From NCBI RefSeq assembly GCF_046119375.1, contig NW_027362764.1, positions 480,190,001-480,254,000 on the forward strand: a stretch of DNA of 64,000 nucleotides, given 5' to 3'. The notes under the pieces are model-generated. The model saw nothing but the letters and a program-made list of their open reading frames with translations, searched no databases and was not told the origin of the DNA. The position numbers and the translations under genes are program-made. Origin of the DNA: Phyllobates terribilis (lineage: Eukaryota). Position 1 is the stretch's first letter. The number at the start of each line of letters is the position of its first letter. This document shows positions 37,889 through 49,200 of the stretch, one piece after another.

Positions 37889-37972
37889 TAGGGTACTTAG
37901 TGAACTATTTTTGATCAAAAAAAGTATACAAGCCGTCCCTGCAGCGACAAGGTGACCCTAAATTGGGACGGT
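37889..37972 (-). ncRNA. Predicted HDV-like ribozyme, copy 6, P3 disrupted
   Basis: Plus-strand CCACCAGC becomes CCTGCAGC, changing the P3 3' strand from GGU to GCA. Confidence 0.45.
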
Positions 37973-38437
37973 CCTACACTGTCTATATTAAAAACCTTAC
38001 TGTATATCAAAGTTGAAGTAATGCAGGAGTATATAGGGTTAGGAGGATACATTCACTGTGAAGTGTACTGTGAAGTTGTATGTAGATGTCACTGCAGCTC
38101 TGGATGTGACTGGAGTATAAGACATGATGTTAGAGCAGAATAGTGACTACAGCTCTGGATGTGACTGAAGCTTTTCCTGTGCTGTGATCTCCCCTACATC
38201 TGCCTCTTGCATTCACTTGGTGTATTCTTTAACTACACACTGCTCCCCTAACCCCACTTTTATTTATGACCTCCTTGTTTATTCTGCCCTGAATGTCCAA
38301 CATCTGGCTCCACATTAATCAACTGACCAAGATGAGCACAGGCCACTCCTCTCTGGTTCACACCTGAATGCATTCTGTAGTAAATAAATTGTGAACTACT
38401 TATCTGCAATGACTTTAGTCTGCGTCCATCATCCTAA

Positions 38438-38815
38438 GGGTATGTGCAGACGATCAGTAAACGCTGCAGATTGAACGCAGCAAACTTGTGCTACGTGCAA
38501 TCCGCAGCGGCCAGATGTTACAGCACAGTGGATGGGATTTGTACAAATCCCATGCCCACTATGCGTTCCCGTGTTCCTGCGGCTTACTCACGGAGATAGA
38601 CATGCGGTGCGTCTTCACAGACCGCAGCATGTCAATTTCTCTTGCAGAGATGCTGGTCTCCGCAAGAGAGATTCTACGAATGGAATGGATAGAATGCGGT
38701 GAAGCCGCATGTGTTCAATGAACACATGCAGCTCCAACTACGTGCAGCGCTTTGAACGCAGCATCAAGTATGCTACGCTCAAAGTGCTACCATTCCTGAC
38801 GGTGTGCACATACCC
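38438..38815. mobile_element. PIF/Harbinger MITE
   Basis: TIR GGGTATGTGCA(G)AC / GTGTGCACATACCC; TAA TSD (38435-38437, 38816-38818). Confidence 0.88.
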
Positions 38816-39069
38816 TAAGTGTCTCATTGCTTAAGTGTGAGAAATAAGAATTATACCTGAATTGGAACTGAAGGTAACTGGATACTTGGACACTGTAAAC
38901 AATGTTTGTGTTTGTTTTCACTCTCACCCCCTTAATCCTTCACTTTTAACAACCACCCCCAATCCCTACACCTAGTAAGGAACTGGTCATCTCTCCCTCC
39001 ATCCTCCCCATTCATTTCAACACCTCCTCAAAACTATTCCTCAACATTCAATCCTGTGTCTCTCCACAC

Positions 39070-39332
39070 ATTCCTCAACCACGAATCGGCAAAAACACTA
39101 GTGCACGCCCTTGTCATCTCCCATCACGACTACTGCAACCTCCTGCTGTGTGGCCTCCCTTCTAATACTCTTACACCCCTATCCTAAACTCTGCTGCCTG
39201 ACTAATCCAGCTGTCCCCCCGCTATTCCCCGGCATTTCCTCTCTGTCAATACCTTCACTGGCTCCCCATTGCCCAGAAACTCCAGTTAAAAACCCTAACC
39301 TTGGCATACAAAGCCATCCACAACCTGTCTCC
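39070..39332 (+). mobile_element. L2 LINE, RT C-terminal fragment (left part)
   Basis: Degenerate ...ESAKTLVHALVIS..DYCNLLLCGLP...YKAIHNLSP; continues after Gypsy B at 57869. Confidence 0.85.
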
Positions 39333-41074
39333 TGATGCGCCCAGGGGATGGGGACGACTTGGCGCCCGGGCCTTGTTGCCTGGTCTTGGGGATGTCGCGG
39401 TGGTCGGCTCCCGGGCCCATACCCTGGGCCTCTCTTTAAAAGGGTGGATAATTATGTGAAAGTTCGTGACGCCACCCGTGGTGTCTGGTGAAGACCACCA
39501 GCGCTGCTGCAGTCCTCTGAGGCCGGTGATCAGGCAGCTAGATGGTGTGGCTCCCCACAGGTGGAGCAGGGCCTCAGGGCAGCGTAGAAGGGGGGGGTAC
39601 AGCACAGAGGGGACCCAGCCGGGTCGGAGGAAGAATAGGCACACACACGATAGTTCACTTCAATACCTTTACTGGTGGTGTTTCAGGCACGATCCAGGGC
39701 ACTGTAGGGTGAAGGGTGCATTTCAGGACTCTCCCCAGTGAGCGGGTGTGGGGCCTCCTGTTCTTTGCCTTTCCTTAATAAGTTTCTGACCTGCCTGGAG
39801 CTAGGCCTAACTTTGTATCTGTCTTGCATCTGCTGATCCCGGTGATAGGGCCTTCTATTGGAGTTCACACTCCCTGGTTTCTGGGGTTTTGGTAACTCCT
39901 GACCCTGGTACATTGTCAGCGCTTGGGTTAACCTGGGACATATAGTTCGCCAGGGGTTCTGGTGGTTTCTGCTGGTCCTAGAGATCCTTGCAGACATGGA
40001 CCCGGTGTCCGGTATATGGTCTTGGGGTGAGCTGGCTAAGCTCCTCTGCCCCCTATGTAGCTCGCTACTCCACTTGCCTTCAGCCACGCTCGGGCCCTCA
40101 CTAGGCTACACCCAGCAGTAGGCCTCGCTACTCTTCACCGCTCTTATGGCGTCGGCACGCCTTGGGCTCACTAACCTGAGCTCTCTGAGTCTGGACTGTG
40201 CTCCACTGCAGGATGGCTTCTGCAGGAGCTCCTCTCAACAGGCTTCCTTCTACAGACTGGATTCTCACAGACTGGAACTAGCTCTGTCCCCTGAGGAAAC
40301 TGGACTTCAGACTTACTCCAGACTCCAGACCAGACTGACTGCCTGGCTCCACCTTCCCTATTTATATCCTTAACGGGCTCCCTCTGGTGGTCTGAGGTGG
40401 AAGGTGGAGGTGTGTGTATGCTGTGGGGGCCTCTTGTGGAGGAATCCGTCCATGCACCCCTCTAGGATCTGTGGCACTAATGCGCAGCAGGGCGCCACAT
40501 TCCCCCCTAGCAAAGCTCAGTACTCCCGGACTGAAGTACTTTTTATAACAACAATAACAATAACTCTTCCCTTTATGGGAGGCACTTTGCTTAAACGTTA
40601 CATATAAAACAGTATAAATAATAAATAGATATGTTCATATAATAAGCAACCCCAGAATTCAAGTCTCTTGCGGTGAGGTTCCCTGACAGGATGTCCATCT
40701 CACAGGGTAGAGTACTTGGTAGCTTGAGGGACCTGTCCCAAACCCTCCACGTAGGCCCTGGGGTGGCTGCAGGGCATGGAGATCCTGAGTTGGACCTCCG
40801 TTAGTGCCACGCCAGACAGGTTTTTCTTCTGAGGTCACCTAAAGGGGCACTCCAGGGAGTGCAATTATTTACAAGAAGCAGTTTTTGGGCTACACATAGT
40901 CCTCAGCCACAGAGTTCTTTAAGTACCCTAATGGGTAGTTAGAGGCAAACAAGAAAAGTGTCCATATCACTTAGATTGTCCATTAGAAGGCAAAACACAA
41001 GTTAATAAATACATATATGAAAATACACAATATAATACCCCAGGGGCAACTATCTACACTGTCAGAGTTTCACT

Positions 41075-42177
41075 TTACTCTCTGTACCTGACCGGGGGTT
41101 GACCTCTCGTGCTACGTGTTGATCTGCGTAGTGCGGGGGTCTGGGTGGTATCAATGTCTGCATTGTCAGTTACCCTACCAGTTCTACGTGTGACTAAGTT
41201 GTAAAACTGCCTTAACCTTTCTCTGGGACTGGCAAGTGTGCCATTGGCTGGGCCTTCTTGCTCTTCTCCTGCCGGGGATCCTTCGTCCGGGGATTCTTCT
41301 TGAGCTGGCTCTTCTGCAGCACTAGGCTCTTCTGCAGCACTTACAGGTTTAACTTGCTGTGGAGGGTCTTCTGGCTGTTGGAAGAAGTGGAGTACAGGTA
41401 TTATTACTGCTCCTCCTAGTTGAGGCCAATCTGCTGGGAAGTCTCCTAAGTCAGTATGGATTACTGCTTCTTTAGGTTCCTCCGGGATAATGAGAGGCAC
41501 TTCTTCTTGGGGCTTTAGCAGATCTGGACACAACTTCATGTGGTCTCTAGATACCGTAGCAGTTGTTCTTCCCCCGTCTTTGCTAATCAAACAGGTTTTC
41601 TTATTATCAAATCTTGAATTCAACACAGTGTAGGGTTCTCTCTCCCACTGGTCATCAAGTTTGTGGTTCCTTCTTTTCCTTTTTAACACTACTGCACCAG
41701 GTGTGAAGGGTTCTGCTGGGGCACCTCTGTTGTATTGAGCTTCCTGCTTGTCCCTCACCCGAGTGAGACTGTCTTCGACACAGGCTTGTACTCTTCTGTA
41801 CTGCTCCTGTCTGGTCGTGTCCCAGTCCTCAGTGGTCACATCTGCTTCTGGTTCTACAACACCGAGCTCAATGTCCTTGGGCAACTTTCCTGGTCTTGCC
41901 CGCATGAGATATGCTGGAGTGCAATTGGTGGAACTTACAGGTATGTGATTGTACAGATCTACCAGGTCAGGTACTAGGTCTGGCCACTGATTTCTCTCTT
42001 CTAGTGGTATGGTCTTCAGCAGGTCGATGATGATGTTATTCATCTTTTCACAGAGACCGTTGGTTTGGGGGTGGTACGGTGTAGTCCTGATCTTTTTACA
42101 CCCATACAAATGGCAGAACTCTTTGAACAACTCAGCCTCAAAGGCTGGGCCTTGGTCCGTCAGCATCTGCTCAGGGT
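41075..42177 (-). pseudogene. Element B integrase, C-terminal half
   Basis: QMLTDQGPAFE...TTPYHPQTNGLCEKMN...LRRSTRSTRGQPPVRY. Removing hAT-2 plus one TSD restores GYPE|QMLTDQG in frame with 52238-52990. Confidence 0.93.
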
Positions 42178-42675
42178 TAGTGTTGAGCCACCCCCGTAGT
42201 GTTCGAGTTCGGTTCGGTTCGTCGAACACCCGTGTGTTCGTCGAACTGTTCGTCGAACACCTTCGAACACCGTTAAAACCAATGGCAGGCAAACAAAAAC
42301 ACATAGAAACACATAGAAAACACCTTCAAAGGTGTCCAAAAGCTGACAAACTGCTCTGAAGACACAACTAACACATGGAAAAGTGACAAGTACATATAGT
42401 CATGCGAAAAGAAAAGAGGTGGAGGAGTAAAAGGAGGGGGAGACACAGATATAGGCATGTCATGCCCTTCTAAAATCCAAAAAGTGAGAAGCCGACACGT
42501 TCAGTCCGCTCCTGCCCGTGCCACCTCCGTGTCGCCGGGTTTGTGCCAGAGCCGCGGTGAACCCTGACGGCCAGCCCCCCTCTCCCAATACTGGTGCCTG
42601 TCCGCTGGTGGGTCGAGCGAGCCCCCCTGTGGTGGAGGCAGCTCTAAGCTTTTTAATTTAAATTGTCTCTCTACT

Positions 42676-42935
42676 TTGAATGAATACACTTTAAATCCAT
42701 TTACAAGGATCTATTGGAGGGCAAGTCTCATGCCAGCAGCCGCGTAATTCCAGCTCCAGTAGCGTCCACTAAAGCTGCTGCAGTTAAAAAGCTTTTAGAA
42801 GGATCGAGCTCGGCTGTCCACCGCAAGGCATCCTACTGCCAGTCCCAGCCCCTATGCCTTGGGGTGCCTCCTGATGCTCTTCACTGAGTATGCCGTGGTC
42901 CCGAAGCATTTCCTTTGAAAAAATTAAGTGTCAAA
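42676..42935 (+). pseudogene. Degenerate 18S rRNA fragment
   Basis: ACTTTAAATCC..T..AAGGATCTATTGGAGGGCAAGTCT..TGCCAGCAGCCGCG-TAATTCCAGCTCCA...GCTGCAGTTAAAAAGCT...CCGAAGC.TT..CTTTGAAAAAATTA follows the eukaryotic 18S segment around the universal GTGCCAGCAGCCGCGGTAA motif into V4, with indels. Confidence 0.9.
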
Positions 42936-43054
42936 ACTACAGGTGGTGTAGCTTGCTTAACAGCCGGGATAATCCACTGACTAGCAAACACTGCTACTAG
43001 GCACAAAGTATTTCCTGGGCTAGATGCAGTTAAAAATTTGTAATTAGATACTCT

Positions 43055-44358
43055 CGTTGGATGCTGAGAAAGCATTCCATAGAGTCTCCTGGCACGCCAT
43101 ATATGATTCTCTTAAAAAGCTTGGGGTAGGGGTCTAGGGGACCCTTTTATAGCCAAAATCACGGCCCTGTATCGCAATACGTCACCTAGGCTGAAGATAA
43201 ATGGAACTGTATTACCCTGAGGGCTCGGTTGCTACAGAGGTATTGCACCTCACCCAGAGGTGTGATATCTCACTCTCAGGTAAGGATGGAGTGTGGATCA
43301 GGACGCGACACCTGCATGCATTACACCACATTGCCGTGGGGCAGGGCGACCAATATGCCCCTGAGATGGGCACGACAGTCCCTGTCCCTGGCTGGAGTGG
43401 GGGGAGGGAACACTGAGGAAGGGGAACCCTGTAGTGCAGGAGCAGGGAGGAAGCAGTTCCTGGGTGCATTGAGAAGGGAGTATAAAAGGTGGGCACCATC
43501 TTAGTTCAGTGCAGAGAAGTCTGAGCAGAAGTGGCAGGGAGCAGGGGCTCTGCATGAGCTCTGCTCCGGAGGCGGTCCTAGTAACAGAGGCCCAGGCCTG
43601 GAAGAGGGAGAAGGAAGGAAGAGGAGCGGAGAAGGCTCCAGGAACGAGGAATGAAGGGATCCCAGGGGTGCGGACGGGCGAGTCGCCACCGCACGCCCGA
43701 ATCCACCTGCGTGGAGGGGTCAGGCCAAAGGGGGAGACCGGTCCCCGAAACTAGTGGAGGCAGGAAACGACCCTCAGCTAGAAACCGGAGGCTGTGACAT
43801 TTTATGTGGCGCAGCCCCTCGCTACACCCGCTAGGAAGGCACCACATAGGGTCAGGGAAACTGGCACCAAGTTTACCAAGAGGAGGCCCGAGGCAGCCGG
43901 ACAGAAGGGTTGGTAAGAAAGGTCAGACAAAGGACACACAAAGGGGGTCCTGTGAAGCGCTCCAAAGTTATCTGGGAGTTGTCTGAGCCCCTCACCTGGT
44001 GAGCACAGTACGACGTGGGCAGCCATAACCCCAATATTAGGTGGGAGGCACCGAGTACAAGTGCTCTCTATTTGCTGATGATGTCCTAGTATATATCACT
44101 CAATCACATATATCCATCCATGCTGTTATGGCTGAAATAGATCACTTTGTTACATGGTCAAATTTTAAAATCAATGCAGCGAAGTCTGAGGCCCTCGATG
44201 TCTCCCTCCCCAAATCCATATAGGATTCCATCCAGTCCAACTTTCCCTTTGCCTGGCCCTCACAGGGTATCAAATACTTAGGAATGCCTATTCATAGAGA
44301 CCTCTCCCATCTATGTTATCTTAATTTTGGGCCCTTTATTGAACAACTCCATACAGAC
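43055..44358 (+). mobile_element. L1/Tx1-clade LINE RT fragments (43055-43210 and ~44030-44358) separated by an LTR-like segment
   Basis: LDAEKAF.RVSW...ITALYRN...KING, then GGTEYKCSLFADDVLVY...KINAAKSE...IKYLG. The intervening 43210-44028 has TATAAAAG and an LTR-like composition, without a clear TSD. Confidence 0.8.
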
Positions 44359-44428
44359 CACGGTTGGCAAGTTAGAACTGTAAGATTCACTACGTGAACC
44401 ACTGGTGTTTTGTGGAAAAGCACATGTA

Positions 44429-45790
44429 CACTGTGTTCCAAATTATTATGCAAAAAAGTGTTTAGGAGTGCTAAGGGAAGAATTTGTTTGTTTGTCAGTT
44501 AAACTCATTGATGGTGATGTGTGTCAGGGCTCTATATCACTGTAAGCAATTGCAGACACCTGTGCTAATTAGTTTGGCAGGTGTGTCCAATGAAAGGCAA
44601 GACTACTTAAGAAGGCTGTCTCACATTATTAAGCAGCCTACATTTTCTGCCAAAATGGGAAAGAAAAAGGATGTGTCGGCTGCTGAGAAGCAACAAATTG
44701 TGGAGTGTTTAGGTCAAGGCATGACTACAATCAACATTGTGCGATGATCAGGATGAAGTGTCTTGGCAATCAAGAAGTATGTAGCTGATTCACAGTACAC
44801 ACGTGTGCGTGCTGATAAGGGCAAATTGAGGACTCTTTCCTACAAGCAATTACGTCAGGTTAAAAGAGCAGCGGCAAAAAAGCCTTGTCATAGCAGCAGA
44901 CAAGTTTTTGAAGCTGCTGGTGCCTCCAACGTCCCCAGAACAACAAGATGCAGGGTCCTTCAGAGGTTTGCAGCTGTGCATACGCCATCCTGTCGACCTC
45001 CTCTATCCACTTCACACAAGCAGAAACGGCTCCAGTGGGCCAAACATTACATGAAGACTGATTTCAAAACTGTTTTGTTCACGGATGAGTGCCGTGCAGC
45101 GCTCGATGGTCCAGATGGATGGAGTGGAGGATGGCTGGTTGATGGACACCCCACGCAAACACGGCTACAGCGCCAACAAGGAGGAGGTGGAGTAATGTTT
45201 TGGGATGGAATCATGGGGAGAGAGATTGTCGGTCCCTTTAGGATCCCTGAAGGCGCTAAAGATGAACTCCATAATGTATGTGGATTTTCTCAAACAGCAC
45301 TTCCTGCCATGGTTCAAGAAGAAGAACCGTGTATTTCACAGCAAGATAATTTTTTTGCATGATAATGCACCATCTCATGCTGCACATAAAACATCTGCAT
45401 CTCTGGCTGATATGGGCATAAAAGGGGACAAACTTATGGTGTGACCCCCATGCTCCCCTGACCTCTACCCCATTCAGAACCTCTGGAGCATCATCAAAAG
45501 GAGTGTCTATGATGGCGGGAGGCAGTTCACATCTAAGCAACAGCTCTGGGAGGGTATTCTGTCCTCATGCAAAACAATTGAAGCAGAAACCATCCAAAAC
45601 CTGACAAATTCAATGGACGAGAGAGTTCAGAAGCTCCTTTCGAACAAGGGGTCCTATGTGAAAATATAACATCACCTAGAATAAAGTTTTGAGTTGAAAA
45701 CTGTTTGATTTCAGTTTCTAATAACCTGCTAATGCTTATAATTTCAAAAATGACCATTTTTTTGGTCTTTATTAAAATGAAAAGGTTGAT
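44429..45790 (+). mobile_element. Right-truncated Tc1-family DD37E (TRT-type) element
   Basis: TA followed by left TIR CACTGTGTTCCAAATTATTATGCAAA. Broken ORF 44655-45669 with VLFTDEC, QQGGGGVMFW, LHDNAPSH and SPDLYPIQ (37 spacing, E to Q). No right TIR. Confidence 0.88.
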
Positions 45791-46236
45791 CGAAAAGTTT
45801 GGCGGATCTAAGAGTGTGGCAACCCAGTAGTCATGATTACTTCGAATTCTGACAATATGAGGGTCATGTTGCAGGTAGTGCAGCAAGAAGGCACTTATGT
45901 GTCTTGCGCATCTCGGAGCCCCAAAATTATTTTCCGGGCTAGATGCAGCTAAAAATTATTATTAATTTTAAATCTGGTGGAGCTTAGTATAGATGGCCTA
46001 ATAGGATCAGTGCTGCACACTGCTACAAAGCCCAAATTATTTTCCAGCCAAGATACAGATAAACATGATTAGTAATTTTAAATCTGGTGGAGTTTATTAT
46101 AGATGGCCTAATAGAATCAGTGCTGCACACTGCTACAAAGCCCAAATTATTTTCCAGCCAAGATACAGATAAACATGATTAGTAATTTGAAAGCTTAAAA
46201 CGGTTGGTAGGGTGATTTTAACCAATCATCCATCTT

Positions 46237-49200
46237 TTACTCTCCCCAGGATGACACAGGGGTAGAAAAGTCGTTTCGGATCCATGATTTGTTCATCTTT
46301 ATGAACGTGAGTCTGTCTACATTATCAGTGGAGAGCCGCGTGCGCTTATCTGTCAGCACACCACCAGCAGCGCTGAACACACGTTCAGACAGAACGCTGG
46401 CTGCGGGGCATGACAAGATCTCCAAGGCGTAAGTGGCTAGCTCTGGCCATTTATCCAGATTGGAAGCCCAAAAAGAGCAAGGGTCCAGTGACACAGTCAT
46501 GGCTTCAATGTTTACTTGGAGATACTCCTGTACCATCGTCTCTAGGCGTTGACTATGTGTCAGACTTCTTGTCTCCTGTGGCCTTGCAAAGGATGGGCTA
46601 AAAAAGTGGTGAAATGATTGCGCAAAATTGATGTTACCAGCAGATACTGTGGTTCTGTTATGGTTTGAGTGCTGAACACTTGACGGTCCCATGGTTGGCA
46701 AGTTGGAACTGTGAGATTCACTACGTGCACCACTGGTATTTTGTGGAAAAGCACATGTAAGATTCTGCAACAGTCTCTGCTGATACTCCTGCATGCGTGC
46801 ATCCCTTTCTATGGCAGGAATAATTTCTGCAAATTTACTATTGTACCGGGGATCTAACAGTGTGGCAACCCAGTAGTCAGGATTATTTCTAATTCTCACA
46901 ATTCGAGGGTCATGTTGCAGGTAGTGCAGCAAGAAGGCACTCATGTGTGTTGCGCATCCAGGAGCACCAAGTCCCTGTTGTGTTGGTGGCGAGGTAACAA
47001 TCATGCTTCCTTCCTCTGTCCTCTCCCCCCAACCTCGCACAACAGAAATGTGATCAAGGTCTCCCTCATCTGATGAGTCTTCCATCAGTTCGTCCTCCAC
47101 TTCTTCCTGGGCTCCTGCACCTTCCTCACTAGTTTGGCTGCTACCATGAGCCCTGGTAAAACCATCTCCCCCACCCTCACATGCCTGCCGCCTTGGTGCT
47201 GCCGACCGTCTGGACCTTGCAGATGTTAGCCCTTCCGCATACAACTCCTCCTCCTCTACTTCCTCCACCTCCTCTTGTGCCACCACCTGACTCCGAATTC
47301 TGTTTAACATGTGCTCCAGCATGTAAATCACCGGAATAGTCATGCTGATAATGGCATCGTCAGCACTAAACATCTTCGTCGCCATTTCAAAACTGTGCAG
47401 AAGGGTGCATAGGTCCCTGATCTGAGACCACTCCTCCAGCGTGATTTGCCCCACGTCTGGATCTCGTTGGCCCAGGCTATACGTCAGAACGTATTGCACC
47501 AGGGCTTGTCGGTGCTGCCACAGTCGCTGCAACATGTGCAGAGTTGAATTCCACCGGGTAGGCACATCGCATTTTAGCCGGTGAAGTGGCAGGCCCAACG
47601 ACTTCTGTAGAGATGTAAGTCGCTGAGCTGCGGGATGCGAATGGCGGAAGTAAGCACACAGCGACCGTGCCCTCTGCAGAAGGCCATCTAGTCTGGGATA
47701 GTGGGCTAAAAATTGCTGGACAACCAGGTTCAACACGTGAGCCATACAAGGCACGTGTGTGACATTGCCCCGGCGAAGGGCCGCACCCAGGTTTGCAGCA
47801 TTGTCGCACACGGCCTTCCCTGGTTTCAGGTCCAGTGGAGACAACCATTCATGAAATTGGTTCTCCAGAGCTGACCACAACTCCTCAGCTGTGTGACTCA
47901 CATTTCCCAGACATTTCAAAGTAAAAACTGCCTGATGACGTTGAGCCCTACTGCCAGCATAGTAAGGAGGTGTGCAGGATCCCTTCTGCGCAGTTAGAAA
48001 GCTTGTGGCATGACCAGACAGGCTTTGGGTGCAGGTGGAAGACCGAGAGGAGGTTGAGGAGGCAGAAGCAGTGAAGGAACTTTGACATAAAGAGGATTGA
48101 CGCACAACTCGTGGGGACGGCAAGACTTGGACAGCAGCCCCTTGTCCTGCTGTCACCATAGTTACCCAGTGCCCAGTCAGCGACATGTAACGCCCCTGTC
48201 CATGCCTACTCGTCCAAGTGTCTGTGGTGAAATGCACCCTGTCACACACAGAGTTTCTCAAAGAAGCGGTGATGTTGTGTGCGACATGCTGGTGGAGCGC
48301 AGGCACACCTTTCTTTGAAAAGTAGTGCCGACTGGGCATCTGGTACTGGGGCACTGCGACGGACATAAGGTCTCGAAAATCCTCTGTGTCCACCAGGCGG
48401 AAAGGCAGCATTTCTGTAGCCAAGAGCTTGCAGATGGTGAAATTCAACCTCTTAGCTTTCTCATGGCTAGGAGGAAATGGTCTTTTACTTGTCCACATCT
48501 GAGGGACCGAGGGCTGGCTATTGTGCTTAGACGGGGTTGATAAGGGTGTCCCCGGCAAACTGCCGGTCTGTGAGGAAGATGCAGGCGGACATGTTAGGTT
48601 GCCTTGATCCAAAGGTGGTGCTATCGATGTCGGACAGCGCTCAACACCAGCTGGTGTTACCACCTCCAAAGAAAATGATGACCTGCCAATCACGCTGGCT
48701 GTTGCGGGTAAAGAGGTGGCAGGTCTGCGCCCCAAAACAGGTGTGACTGCTGTCCCCCCAGTCACAGAGGATGAAGAGGCCGCGGATGCACAAGATATGG
48801 CAGACGGTGGTTGGCCCGGCCGGCTAGGCCGCATTGTAGCACACTGAGCTTCCCACTGCAACTTATGCTTCATGTCCATGTGCCGGTTCATGCATGAAGT
48901 ACTCAAACTATGTATTTTTTGGCCTCTACTTAGCTTTTGCTGACAAATGTTACAGATAACACGAGTTGGGTCATCTTTATCGATCTGAAAAAATGCCCAG
49001 GCTATGCAAGGCTTAGCACCCATGCGACCTGAAGAGCCACCACGACTTGTGGTGAGAGGCAGAGTTGTGTTTGAGGATGCAGTTGTTGACGTGCTTCCAG
49101 TACTACGTCTCTGTCCAGGAAGGCGCAACCTGACCTCGTCGTCACTAGCATCTTCCTCCACCTCCTCTGCTGACCTCATCTCTTGGCTGACTGTGGGTTG

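Larger units (their letters stand above)
35583..38025 (-). mobile_element. 429-bp x ~5.7 tandem array with TSD; candidate non-autonomous ribozyme-bearing retroelement
   Basis: Exact 429-bp period (AAGCAATG at 35591, 36020, 36449, 36878, 37307, 37736); flanked by GGAGTATATAGGG (35570-35582 and 38026-38038); no coding capacity. Confidence 0.85.

Noticed and set aside
35583-38025. Hammerhead or twister ribozyme in the 429-bp unit
   Set aside because: There is no CUGANGA core on either strand. CGGG-TCCCAA...AAG-CCCG resembles twister P4, but the loop is far too long and the other twister elements are missing.
39255-40373. Duplicated small ORFs (also at 56210-57751)
   Set aside because: Chance ORFs within the paired LTRs of element B.
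42676-42935. Functional rRNA gene
   Set aside because: Short, with indels in universally conserved motifs and no flanking rDNA unit.
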